From the NCBI RefSeq assembly GCF_000315625.1, contig NW_005434646.1, forward strand, positions 335,626 through 399,625: 64,000 nucleotides of DNA, written 5' to 3'. Shown here piece by piece: positions 1 to 11,354 of the stretch (positions are counted from its first letter, which is position 1; the number at the start of each line of letters is the position of its first letter). Below the pieces are notes generated by a model, which saw nothing but the letters and a program-made list of their open reading frames with translations, made no database searches and had not been told where the DNA came from. Made by a program: the position numbers and the translations under genes. This DNA is from Guillardia theta CCMP2712. Its lineage: Eukaryota > Protista > Cryptophyta.

Positions 1-150
1 CCCTCCCCTCCCCTCCCCTCCCCTCCCCTCCCCTCCCCTCCCCTCCCCTCCCCTTCCTCCCCTCCCTCCCTCCCCTCCCTCCCTCCTTTACTTCTCCCTC
101 ATTTTGCCTCCCTCTCCTCTCTCCTCTCCTCGCCTCTCCCTCCTTCCAAC
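1..150. repeat. (CCCCT)n / polypyrimidine microsatellite
   Basis: Pure CCCTC pentamer run at 1-55 degenerating into a C/T tract. Confidence 0.95.
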
Positions 151-669
151 CTCAGCTCTCCTACATCTCCACTTCGCCGTCGCTTTCCTCCTCTTCTTTG
201 TTGAGTTTCTGTCTCAGGCGACTGTCGGCGACTGCTGCGGGAAGCTCAAAGGGAGAATCATGCCGTGAGCTTTTGGCAGGAGGAGAGGAGGTGCTAAGAG
301 AGCGGCAGGCACAAGGGCGGGTGGATCGAAGTGCTCGAGGCCGTCGATGCTCGCTGCAGTGTGGGGACTTTGAAGCAGGGGATAGAGAAGATTCATATCC
401 TCGCAGGGAGGTGAGGGAGGGGACGGGACAAGACGGGAGGGGGCGGGAGGAGAGGGGAGGGGAGGGGAGGAGCGTGATTTGTGCTGAGCCATCGCCGTAT
501 CGAGCAGGTTCAGAGACTTGAAGAGGAACGCGGAGGCTATGGAGGCCGCAGTAGCGAGGGAAGCATACTCTGCCTGACATCTCTTCGTTTTCAAAGCATG
601 AAATGCCAAACTAGGAACTAAAAAGTGCAACGCTCTTCCCATTCTGATCCGTCTAACAACTCATGTGAA

Positions 670-2423
670 CTAACAAATGAGAGAGTTGAAACGGTTCAGC
701 CGCTGCCCTCCCACCGGATCCTTGACGTTCGTCCTCGCCTCCTCTGCTGCTCTGCTGCTCCTCTTGAACCTCGTCTCCAGACACTTCTCAATGCTGGGCC
801 GGATCACGATGAGCTGGTTCACCTTGGAGTAGACGATGTCCGCTCGCAGCTGTCGGAAGCAGAACCAAACATGCGGCCGCTGCTTCTGCGTCGCTGTGAG
901 CACCTGACGACGAGTCGAGCTACTAGCATGACAGAACCACTCGCGGGTGGCGAAGATGAGGGAGTAATGGTTGCGGAAGTGGATGAGCAAACTGTGACCC
1001 GCGTTCAGCTCCTCCTTGACCATCTCCCACTGCTTCACCTCCACCTCCTCGTCATCGTTGGGAGAGCACCGCCCTCCCTCCACGATTTCTTCCCTGCAGT
1101 TCCAATTCCCCAAGAGCCTTGCGGTCTCAACAGGAGACATGCTGTCCGACGAGTCGTCGCTCGCGTCGTCACTGTCCTCGTCCTCGCAGTTGACGATCTC
1201 GTTCCCCATCCTCTTGAGCAACGGAGGGCACTTGACCCCGGCCGTGTCCTCGACCTCCTTCGTCTGGACGCACAAAGATTTGCTGACCGCATGGCATGCT
1301 CTGAGCAATCTAGGGTTTCCAATCTTCCTCGTGCTGGGAATCAGCCCGCAAGACCCTCTCAGGGCGGCATGGCAGCTGATCCTCCCGGCTTCCCTTGCCC
1401 ACTTGCAGTAGTACTCGATCACGTCCTTCTCCTGCACGTAAACTTGCAGCTTGTCGTCAGCTGGGGAGAGCCTTCCCTCGAAGGAAGGATGGTTCAACAC
1501 AGCATTGAGAGCTCCTGCCACTGAAGCCGCCGCGCAAGTCTTGTGCGACTGCTCGATCCAACCGAAGAAGATGCAGTCGTTCACGTGGAACTCAACGTCT
1601 GCCGTCTCGTTCGGCTCAGGGCCCATCGAATCCTCCTGGTCATGCATACAGCAAGATCCTTCGCATTGAGTGTTGTGATGATCTGTGGCAGGCATGTCTT
1701 CCCGGATCAAGTTTGCCATGGAGGGGAAAAAGTTTAGAAACTTGGGATCCGTGAAAAGCTTCTCTTTGGCAAACTTTGCCAAGTCTGCAGCAGGGATCTC
1801 ATAGTATCGCATGAGCAGAGTTTTGCAAGGTTTGTGATAAAAAGTCCCGTCGTTTCGCTTCTGCAGCTGTGGAACGCTCTTGTTTCCCTCGAGATCCTTT
1901 TCTGCCCAACGAGTCCAACACTTGGAGCAAACAAAGGGGTTCCTCACAATATGGACTCGTTTCCTGGGTTTCCTCTTCCTCTTATCAGTTCCATCCTTCC
2001 AGTCGTCGAATCTCACTTCCAAAACTCCATCCGCCTCCCTCGAACTCGGCAGTGTGGTTGGCATCTCAAACCAGAACGAAGGAACACAAGAAGATAAGAC
2101 CAAGTGAGAGAACTAAGTGGTTTTTGAAGCCGGAATCCACTCTCACTTGCCTTTCAATCTATCCAGCACCAAGAATCCAAGTAGTAGATCCTTTTTTAAC
2201 CTCCGAGACTCCTCAGGATAGAGATATGCGCTTAGGGCTGCAAGAAGTCAGTTGAGGACAGCAGGGATAGCTAGAGCCCCTGTGTAAACCTCAGGTACCT
2301 CAACTCAACTATCAGCAGGTCTCGTTCTCGATTCTCTTACTCTATCCTCGTATCCTCCTCCTCTCCTGCCCTCCTCGCTTCCTCCCTGCCGGTGTCGGCT
2401 ACCGTCCACATGCGCTCGCCCAT
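670..2423 (-). CDS. BIVM-like papain-fold (cysteine-peptidase-like) protein with N-terminal Cys/His knuckle; main exon 670-2103, probable short upstream exons
   Basis: Motifs EQSHKTCAAASVAGALN, KIGNPRLLR and IHFRNHYSLIF resemble recalled BIVM motifs (QYKTSCGISS, TGNTTLM, YHCQNHY). ATG at 2423 is followed by a GTAG donor; start is approximate. Confidence 0.6.
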
Positions 2424-3200
2424 GGCCGTTGAGAGAGTTTTACTCACTGGGGAGTAAAATATTTATAAGAGTACGTCATCTGTAGGGAAGGTCAACTACA
2501 GAATGTCAGCGTACAAATGGATTTAAAATCACTTTACTGGTACTGACTTATAATACATCTACTACTTTTAATAAAGAAACGGCTATTAATAAAATATTTT
2601 AATTCTGGCGCCTCGGCCTCGCCGTTTTCCATGACGTTTACTCAAAGTTAAGTTAAAAATCAGTACGAGGACAAAGACGGACGGGTGATCGGACCGTGAC
2701 TGAGAGTCGGGCTCGTTCAATACTACTTGTAGGCTAGTCAAGTTAGCTCACTGAGTAACCGAGTCACCTTAGAGTCACGCGGCCGACTCGGCCGGGCGCC
2801 GAGGGCCGGGGCACCGGGCAGGCTCGCCGTATGACCTGTGCCGCTCGACTCTCCTGAATGTGGGCCTCTGGGAGTCGGCCTCGCAACTTGGCTGAGTCAT
2901 CAGTAGTGACTGGGACCGTGCGAAACGAAAGATCAGTCCGATCTTGAGTTGGAGATACGCCGGTCAAGTTCACTGAGCTGCCTATACGTTACGTCCCCTC
3001 GCAGCACCGGTACCGTACTCATTACTAGTAGACTGTCTTCATGGTTACCCCTACGGTACTCCGTGAGCATTTTGCTCCTCCCCGACTCTAGCGCGAGCCA
3101 TTCCCCCCCTCACTACTTCGCCGTCTTAGCACCTCCTCACTCCTTCATCATCTTAGCGCCTCCACATCTCTGACCATCTTCTCAGCAACCTGGATGAAGG

Positions 3201-4426
3201 ATGGCTGATCTCTCGTCTACACAAGCATCTCTCGATCCCCTGCAAGGAGCTGCTGCCATGAGCAACTACGTCGCATGCCTAGGCTCACAAGCACCATGGG
3301 ACTTCTACATCATGTCTTCTTCCACATGCGTATTGCTTGTCGGATGCTGGGTAGGAGCCAAGATCCTGGACGCGGTGTTGACCAGAGCATGTTCCAAGTA
3401 TGCGCCTTTGGACTCTAAAACCAAGAAGAACATATGCGTCTATTTTCTGGAAGTCCTCGTCACGTCGCCAGCGTTTTTGTACTGTATCAGCGTCATGCCA
3501 CACAGTCTCGACATATCTTTGGTTGGAAAGCAGAACGCAACGATAGAGCAGCTCAAAGCCGCGGCGACCATGGGCAGTATGGTCATTCACTTGTACGTGT
3601 TTGAGATCATCTACAAAGAAAGGATCGACTGGATTCTACTCTCACATCATGTCATGACCATCCTTGTCGGTGCAATCCTCTGGAACGCCTTATACTACAC
3701 CCTGAACGTGGTAATGCACTTTCTATGCACACTTGTTCTGCGTGACTGCGATCTCTGACGTGCTGTGTCATGTCAGACTATCATTGCTTATTTGGCAACG
3801 AGCCTCCTCTTCTCTGCAGTGACAGAGCAGCCAACGTTCATCGCACTCATCATGTATCGCCTGAGCGAGTCCCGGCATGTCAACAGCGTGCTTCGCTTTG
3901 CTGCCGTCTCCTCTTGCCTTACCAAGATGTATGCTTTCTGCCTCACCTGGGCGATGTACTACCGTGAAGTGCTGCATCCTCCAAAGATGATTAAGAGCGT
4001 CAGAGGCAACTTCGACTGGGAGTTGTTTCTCGAGATTTACATCCCAGTAGCAAGCATCCTGCTGATTGTGCTTCAGGTTCTGAGCATTTGCCTTGTTTTG
4101 TTTTGAGACAATTCAATCTCACTTGACCTCTGCAGCTGAAAGCCAACTACATCCTATACCTTCTCAGCCTGAAACACACAAGACTATTCCGAAAACAACG
4201 TGCTAGTCTCCGATTGGAGGCTCAGCCAGGAGATGTCAAACTTGTGCAAGTCAGCCAACCCGGAGGAGGAGGAGATGCTTCCTTCGTTGAGGTGGTGGTG
4301 ACGGCAAGGTCTCCAGATACCAACAGGTCTTCGCAAGACGAGGAAGCAGAGAGCCAGAGTCAACAGCAGCATCGTGATCATACGATGGGCTCTCAGGATA
4401 ACTTTAACAGGCCAGTGTGTGCATGA
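3201..4426 (+). CDS. TLC (TRAM/LAG1/CLN8)-like multi-pass membrane protein, 3 exons
   Basis: Several hydrophobic helices and a YxxRIDWILLSHH motif. ORFs 3201-3758, 3765-4106 and 4214-4426 join through short GT-AG introns. Confidence 0.65.
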
Positions 4427-5038
4427 CGGTCGGGCGGCAGCGCGCCTCCGAGTCCGATCGGACCAGCAAACGGACCTGACTCAGTGGTACTCAGCCCCTT
4501 AGCTGACAGCCTGTACTGAGTAAACCAACCATCCATCATGGCATCGCATCCGACCTTCACTTGTCTATACTAGAGTCTAGCTGCTGCCACTTCAATGAGT
4601 CATGATGCAACTCAGTTGGCAACGTAGCTGGCTCCCATGGCTTTAGTACGACTGATTGAGGCAGTGTGTGGTACGCTTTAATTCTAAAGACATAGCCAGG
4701 CTGGTACGAAAGATGAATTTATTGTACAATTTTCAAGCCCACCTCAGTAATATTTGTACCTTTGGAACATTACATATGTTAGAAATCGGTGTACCTTCAC
4801 TACCATTCAATTTTAAAAAACTAAATCAGTTTTATATGGTTGTAGGCGCCGGCACTCCCCTTGCCTCGGTCTCCCGCCAATTTTCACGTGCGAGAAGAGC
4901 GCCTTCCGGTGGGGGTATTCCCTAACCTCAATTTATCCATAGTACCCGTTATATCTCATAGATAGGTACGGGTATGCTGTCCAATCAATGACAAAATCAC
5001 CCCTCGTTTACGAATTTCGACCGCTAGCTGCTCTCAGC

Positions 5039-6825
5039 ATGGGCAACAAGAAGGGCCACAAGGTATGGGAGGGGGGGAGGAGGACGCGAGATGAGCAGAG
5101 AAGATTCTGAAGAGCGACATGATAGAAAGAGAGCAGAAGATGCAGAGCGAGAGAAGGAGTGATTGTTAGCAGGATTGACAGAAGGCGATGATAGAAGGAG
5201 GAACGGATATGAAGGAGGCGTTGTCAGGGCTGCTGGAAAAATCCAAAGAGCAGGAGGAGGGAGCCGGGAGAGAACAGCACGGCAAGAAGTGATTGACTGT
5301 AGCTGATGATGAGAGTGTGATTGATCGGTCGAAGTAGCCACACAATGATGAAAGAGGCGCACGAACGTCAGAAGGGGGTTTGAATTGGAAGGAGGGGGGA
5401 AGAGCTGGATGGAGAGTTAAGTGCAGGGAGGTTGGCTTCGTGAAGCATCCCACTTCTTGTCGAGATGTGCAAGATCAACTGCTGCCCTTGCTCACATCAA
5501 CTCCGTTGCAGGATGCTAAGCATGCCAAGAAGAAAGAGGAGCAAGACAGTGAAGAGGACGAGGAGGTCTCGGGGGCAATGTCCAACATGGACCTGAAGAA
5601 CCAGTCTCCTGCTGCTCCCTTCACCTTCGCTCCAGCTCCCAAGGGACAGTCGCCTTTCTCCTCTTCGGAGGGGAAATCAGTCTTTACCTTCCCAACGCAA
5701 CCGGCAGAAGGGGGGCAGGGAAACTTCACGTTTAACTTTGCGCCGGGTAAGAAGGGGAAAGGCGGGGACGATGACGACGAGGACGATGATGAGGACGAGG
5801 AGGACGACGACGAGGAGGAGGAAGATGATGATCGTGGAGTGGAGGAATTTATCGCCAGCCTCCCGGAACCAGTACAGGAATGCGTCGCGGCTTTGAACAA
5901 ACTTGACGAGGAGGTTTGCTCGTTGCAGTCTGAATTCAGGAAGGAACTTCGTGAGCTCGAGAGGAAGTATGAGCAGAAGGAGAAGCCTCTGTTCGCCAAG
6001 AGAGCAGATATCATCACAGGCCGTGCCAAGCCTGAGAATGCTGAGAAGGCGGATGGCACTGGAATTCCTGATTTCTGGTTGGGGGCTATGAAGAACTGTG
6101 GAATCATCGGAAGCAACATCACCGAAAAGGACGAAGTGATTCTCAAGTTCCTCTCTGATATCACCGCGGAGACTCTGCCTGAGGAAGTAGGAATCGGTTT
6201 TTGCCTCAAGTTCTACTTCCACAAGAACGAGTTTTTCACCAACGAAGTCCTTACAAAGACCTACTTCCTTGCCGACTCGTCGGACGACTCGATCCTTGAG
6301 AAGGTTGAGGGAACTGAGATCGCATGGGAAAGCGGCAAGAATGTCACCGTCAAGATCAAGAAGAAGAAGCAGCGAAGCAAGAACGGCAAGGGAACCCGCA
6401 CAGTCACCAAGACGGAGCCTTGCGAGAGCTTCTTCAACTTCTTCAGCCCCCCCCACATCCCTGACCCCGAAGACGATCCTCTGGACGATGATGAGCTGGA
6501 GAGCCGACGCATGGAGCTCGAGTCTGACTACGAGATGGGCATCGCGTTCCAGGAGCGCGTCATCCCTCACGCCATCAAGTGGTTCACTGGGGAGGCCGAG
6601 GACGACGACGACGACGACGACGATTATGACGATGAGGAGGAATACTTTGACGAGGTAAGGAGGTTGTAGCAGTTGTGATCATGCTGAACGTTGCCGCAGG
6701 AGGAGGAGGAGGATGAAGAGGACGAGGACGAGGCTCCTCATCGCGGTCATGGAGGTCACCGTGGAGGTGGCAGAGGAGGAGGAAGGGGCAAAGGCAAGAA
6801 CGGGGAAGAGTGCAAGCAGCAGTAA
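5039..6825 (+). CDS. NAP1: Nucleosome assembly protein 1; exons 5039-5062, 5512-6654, 6700-6825
   Basis: GIPDFWL, NEFFTNEVLTKTY and SFFNFFSPP motifs, acidic tails, C-terminal CKQQ prenylation motif. Splice sites are in frame (MGNKKGHK|DAKH...). Confidence 0.95.
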
Positions 6826-7110
6826 GGTGTTGCCATTTTGGTTCAGATCGCTCAGTCAGTTTGACGAGTCTGCTGCACCGCTGGCAACGCTAAGGACGAG
6901 GATGGTTCTTAGACTGTCATTGTGACTATTACAAGATCAATATTTCAGAAAAGAAAACTACATCTTCCTCCCTCCCTCAGTCATTCTGATCCCTCTGCCC
7001 TCCTCCATGTTTCCAAAGGGACCACCTTGCCTGCGTCTCTCAATCACGGGGCAACTTGCCTGCTGTCAAGTCAAGTCTCGAAGGAGAAAAACAAGGGAGC
7101 AAATCGGGGA

Positions 7111-9168
7111 CTAGTGAAGGAGTGGTCCTGCCTCACCTTTACGCTTCAGCCTCTTCATCTGGCTCTTAGACAGCACAGGAGCGCTGCCAAACGGAAGGTC
7201 CTCCTGCTCCTGCACCTCGTCGATCGAGGCATACCTGCCCCCTCGAGGTTTGAGGTTGACTGGGAGCGAGTCAAGTCTCGATAGCGAGGTTGTGAGGGAG
7301 AGGAGGGGAGGGAAGAGTAAGGAGAGGGAAGAAGAGAGCGGGAGAGGGAGCAAGAGAGCGGTACCTTGTGTGCCCTCGACGACTCCCGCCTCCTCTTTCT
7401 TGGCATCAGGTGTGTCATGGAGCCCAAAACTGGCTCGCCGGAAGGGCTGGAAGGACTGCTTGATGTCCCGTCCGTCCACCACCTGCGGGAACTTGACGGC
7501 ATCAGCAGCTTGTGCTGTCTTGAGCTTCTGCACCACGTCCGGGCTGATCGATCGATCGCCAAACCCGCGGGCATCGTAGGGTCGCCACTCGGCCTGGTAG
7601 AGCTCGTGAAAGTCCTTGAGCTGGTAGAGGAGCGTGCCGTCATATTTCCACAGGCAGACTTCGTTGTCTATCCTCAAACCAGGGAACGTGACCGCCGTCA
7701 TGAAGTAGCGCGAGCATGGCGAGAAGCTCCTGTAGATTGAGCAACGAGCCGTCGCCTGCCCGATCTTCTGCCTTTGCATCTTGTCCCAGAACTGCATGTG
7801 CCCGGCCAAGTTGCCGAAGCCGCCGATGCACAAGAATCTGCCGTGAGGAGACCAAGTGATAGAGTTGAAGGGGCCGGTGCCGAAGGAGAAGATCGCCTGC
7901 CCCTTGTTGTTGAACAGACAAGCTTTCGCCGGCATCATGCCGTAGACCACAATGAACTCGCGAGTGCATGGCGACCAGGCCAAGTCATGGATGGGCCCGT
8001 CACGGTCGAGCTGGACGTCAGCAGAAGTCATCAGGTCCATATTGACGTACTTGAGGGTCGTAGTCCCGTAGTAGTTGTTGTTCGTCTTGTCCACAGTCGT
8101 CGAGCAAAGAATGAGCAGACACTGACCGTCGTAGGACCACTTGAACGAAACATCCTCAGTCCCGAGCAAGTCAATGGTCATTGACGGGGCATCGACCTCG
8201 AAATCTTCCGTCAGGCTGTAGATAAACACCTCCTCCCTCCCCTTCTCAGCATGAAACACCGCGATGTTCACCGCCCTCCTCGACCTCCCATCTGTGACGG
8301 CCGTCCCAAACGCGCTCGCAAGCATCAGCTGCCGCACTTCCTTCATCTTGATGACCATGTGAGGCTCCACTTTGACCCCCGACGGGATCTGCCGGAGCTG
8401 TACAGCATTCCAATTGTACACCTCGATGCCCCTGATGGTCCGACGGCAGCAAATCTCGTCGTCTGCCGTCCATTGGATAGAGGGCCAGTGGTCAGGATCG
8501 AAGAGATCCTCTGAGTCGCAGTCCACCATGATGTTGCAGGTTGGGATGTGCCAGATGACCAGGTTCCCGCTCGTCTCCATCACCCGCTCGACCTGCGTCG
8601 CTCGGTTGTACGCCCTCCACCTCTTACTCTTGGATGCCCCCTGGAACCACTTGGTGAAGGTCACTAGGAAGTCTCCCTTGGGGGACAGCGCGACTCCCTG
8701 GATCGCATCTCCGTCCTCGGACCTGCAGTCATACTCCACCTGGCCCGTCGAGGGATCATGCACCAACACCGAGTCCTGAACCATCTGCACAAGGCGTCTG
8801 CCGTCCTTGCTGTAGACTACCTTGCAGTCCTGACTTGTCCCCGCCGACTCGAACTCGTCCATTTGCATGAGAGGAGAGGTCTGGTCCTCCGGATGCAGCT
8901 TCGCGTTGACCCCGGAGATCTGACTGCTGAGCCAGGACAAGCTGCACCCGTTGCGATGTCTCAGCAGGATCTGATGCGGCTGAACCCTCCGAAGACTTCC
9001 CTGCGAAGGCGGTTCCACAGCACGGTCTACCGGGGAGCCATGGCGGCAGGACATGCTGCTTGCAGGGTCCGTTGTGCGGCTCCGGGCTGTAAATGGAGAA
9101 GACGCGTCGAAAGAAGCATGCGCAGATAGCACACATGCTGGCAGCAGGAGGAGGAGACCAGCAGACAT
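7111..9168 (-). CDS. EIF2A: Translation initiation factor eIF2A (WD40) with N-terminal signal/transit-like extension
   Basis: VDKTNNNYYG, DGPIHDLAWSP, FIVVYGMMPA, WSPHGRF..GGFGNLAG and PGLRIDN motifs. Likely start MSAGLLLLLP at 9168. Confidence 0.9.
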   Translation of the reverse strand: MSAGLLLLLPACVLSAHASFDASSPFTARSRTTDPASSMSCRHGSPVDRAVEPPSQGSLRRVQPHQILLRHRNGCSLSWLSSQISGVNAKLHPEDQTSPLMQMDEFESAGTSQDCKVVYSKDGRRLVQMVQDSVLVHDPSTGQVEYDCRSEDGDAIQGVALSPKGDFLVTFTKWFQGASKSKRWRAYNRATQVERVMETSGNLVIWHIPTCNIMVDCDSEDLFDPDHWPSIQWTADDEICCRRTIRGIEVYNWNAVQLRQIPSGVKVEPHMVIKMKEVRQLMLASAFGTAVTDGRSRRAVNIAVFHAEKGREEVFIYSLTEDFEVDAPSMTIDLLGTEDVSFKWSYDGQCLLILCSTTVDKTNNNYYGTTTLKYVNMDLMTSADVQLDRDGPIHDLAWSPCTREFIVVYGMMPAKACLFNNKGQAIFSFGTGPFNSITWSPHGRFLCIGGFGNLAGHMQFWDKMQRQKIGQATARCSIYRSFSPCSRYFMTAVTFPGLRIDNEVCLWKYDGTLLYQLKDFHELYQAEWRPYDARGFGDRSISPDVVQKLKTAQAADAVKFPQVVDGRDIKQSFQPFRRASFGLHDTPDAKKEEAGVVEGTQGTALLLPLPLSSSLSLLFPPLLSLTTSLSRLDSLPVNLKPRGGRYASIDEVQEQEDLPFGSAPVLSKSQMKRLKRKGEAGPLLH

Positions 9169-9778
9169 GGCGGTTGATCGCAAGGGGATGACGTCGAGGT
9201 TCGAGATCTCCCAGTGCTTCGGACTCCTCCTCTTTTCCAATCCTTCCCCTCCCCCTTTTCTCTCTCCTCCTTCCTCTCTCCCCTTCCTCTCGTTTATCTC
9301 CTCGCCTCTAGCCTTCGTTTGCCCTGCATGTGCATGCGGACTGAACTCAAAAACCCCATCCCCCCTCAGTCCCACATGCAAGATTCGGCCGGCAGCAGAT
9401 TCGGCAGACCTTTCGGTGGCACAACATGCTAGTGGCAAGCGGGACGGGCGTGAGCAAGCAAGCAGAGACTTGAAGCGAAGACGAGGAGAGGGAGGGAGGG
9501 AGGGAGGGAGGGAGGAGGAGGAGGAGGAGGAGGAGGAGGGGAGAGCAAGGATGGGGTGAGCTTGAGAAACGAGGGCGAGAGAAGTAGATCAGAGAGAAGG
9601 CGAGGAGGAGAAAGGTTGTCAACATTCTTTACATGGAGCATTGATCAAATACCAAGAGATTCTTAGAAGAAAGTGAAAGAAATGGGAGAGTGAGCACTTC
9701 GCCCGCTTCCATTTCTTGCGTCAACGTCTTCCTTCACGAGTGTTGCATATTTCTCACGGTTTGGAGCAGGAAGAGGAG

Positions 9779-11328
9779 ATGGCAGATGACAAAGAAGAGC
9801 AGCAGAAGAGCAGCAAACGGACGAGCTGGAAGCCGACGCGGACAAGCTTCGTCGCTGAGACTCGACAGGAGCCCAAACATGAAGTTCACCCGACGAGCGA
9901 ATATGAGGTCAAGCTCCCTCGCAAGGTGCCGATCAGCTCGTCCCGCAGGCCCCTCGTCGACATCCTCTCCCACGACGAGCTGTGCAGCCTGTGCCATAAC
10001 ATCCCCAAGATAGAGCTGCATGCCCATCTTTCGGGAACAGTCAAGGAGAGCACGTTGAACGAGCTGGGGAGAGCCAAAGGGCTGGACATCTCGAAGATGA
10101 AGTTCACGCTGGAGTCGCTGGCAGCAACAGACTCTCTTGAGCAGACTTGGAAGGAGACGGTCGAAGCCTTCGACAACATCCGCAAGCTCACTGCCTACGA
10201 CCTCCATGTCCTCCGCAGGATCATCAACGAGGCCATCGAGATGTACGCGGAAGACGGATGCGTCTACCTGGAGCTTCGGACGGGGCTGAAGCATCTGCCA
10301 GACAGGAAGACGTTCTTGTCGGAGGTGATCTCAACCATCAACTTGGCGCAGGGGAAGCATGGCATCATCGTACGGCTCCTCGTCAGCGTCGACCGGGGAG
10401 CGTCCGTGGAAGACGCGAGAGAGACGATTTCGATCGCAATCGATGCGTACGAGTCTCAGAGCAAAGGCGGAGGGCAACGGGGAGGAGGAGTGCTGGTGGG
10501 TGTTGAGATGGGCGGCAACCCGTTGCGGGGGAACTGGGACGAGCTCCGTCCGCTGTTCCAACAGGCCAGAGACGCGGGAATGAGAGTCTCTTTACATTTC
10601 GCAGAGAACAAAGGACACGAGGAAGAGCACGAGAAGATCCTCGAGTTTCGACCTGACAGGCTGGGACATGCTGTGTTCATGAGCAAGAAGATCACCGACA
10701 AGGTCCTGAACACCAAGACACCAGTGGAGGTGGAGTGTCTATGATACTTGAGAAGGACTGAAAGGCTGATGACAGGTATGCATCACGTGCCATGAAGCCT
10801 ACTACAAGGTAGACAGGAAGAAGAACGTCTTCGGGATCCTCAAAAGGTTTCGATACTTTCGCTCCCTCCTCTGGTCAATCACTTTGCTCGTGCCAGTCAC
10901 AATCATCCAGCTATCCTCTGCTGCGACAACGCGTGCCTCCTCCACACCCTCCTCAGCAAGGAGTGGGAGGTAGCGATACAAACCTTTAAGCTGACAGCAG
11001 AAGACGTACAACACATGGTCCTTGACAACGTCGATGCGATCTTTGCCGACAGTGTGACCAAACAGAAGGTGACTGGTCGAGGCATCCGGGCATTCGATGA
11101 CTTGATGCCTTCCAGCTTCGAGTGCAATGCGAGAATCGGCTCAAGTCATTGTTTACCAAGAGCGAAGCGCCACGGTCAACGACGAAGATTAAGAGTACAT
11201 TCCTGACGAATTTGTGCAGAGCAAGAAAGTCAGGAGGAGGAGGATGGCAATCTTTGTTGTTCTTGTCATTGTCAGCAGCGTGTCTGGGAGGCCTCTACTA
11301 CCTTCGTGTCGTCAAACGAGCAATCTAA
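9779..11328 (+). CDS. ADAL: Adenosine deaminase-like protein (ADAL/MAPDA family), multi-exon, with C-terminal hydrophobic tail
   Basis: PKIELHAHLSG, YLELRT, SLHFAE and PDRLGHA motifs. Downstream exons join through short introns to the stop at 11328. Start may include a tiny exon near 9551. Confidence 0.8.
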
Positions 11329-11354
11329 CTTGCGCCCTTTCATATTGATTATGT

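Noticed and set aside
161-642. Overlapping ORFs at the window start
   Set aside because: No recognisable family and partly low-complexity; the coding frame cannot be chosen.
5475-6570. Long antisense ORFs over NAP1 (likewise over eIF2A, ADAL and the PDZ gene)
   Set aside because: Expected shadows of GC3-rich coding sequence.
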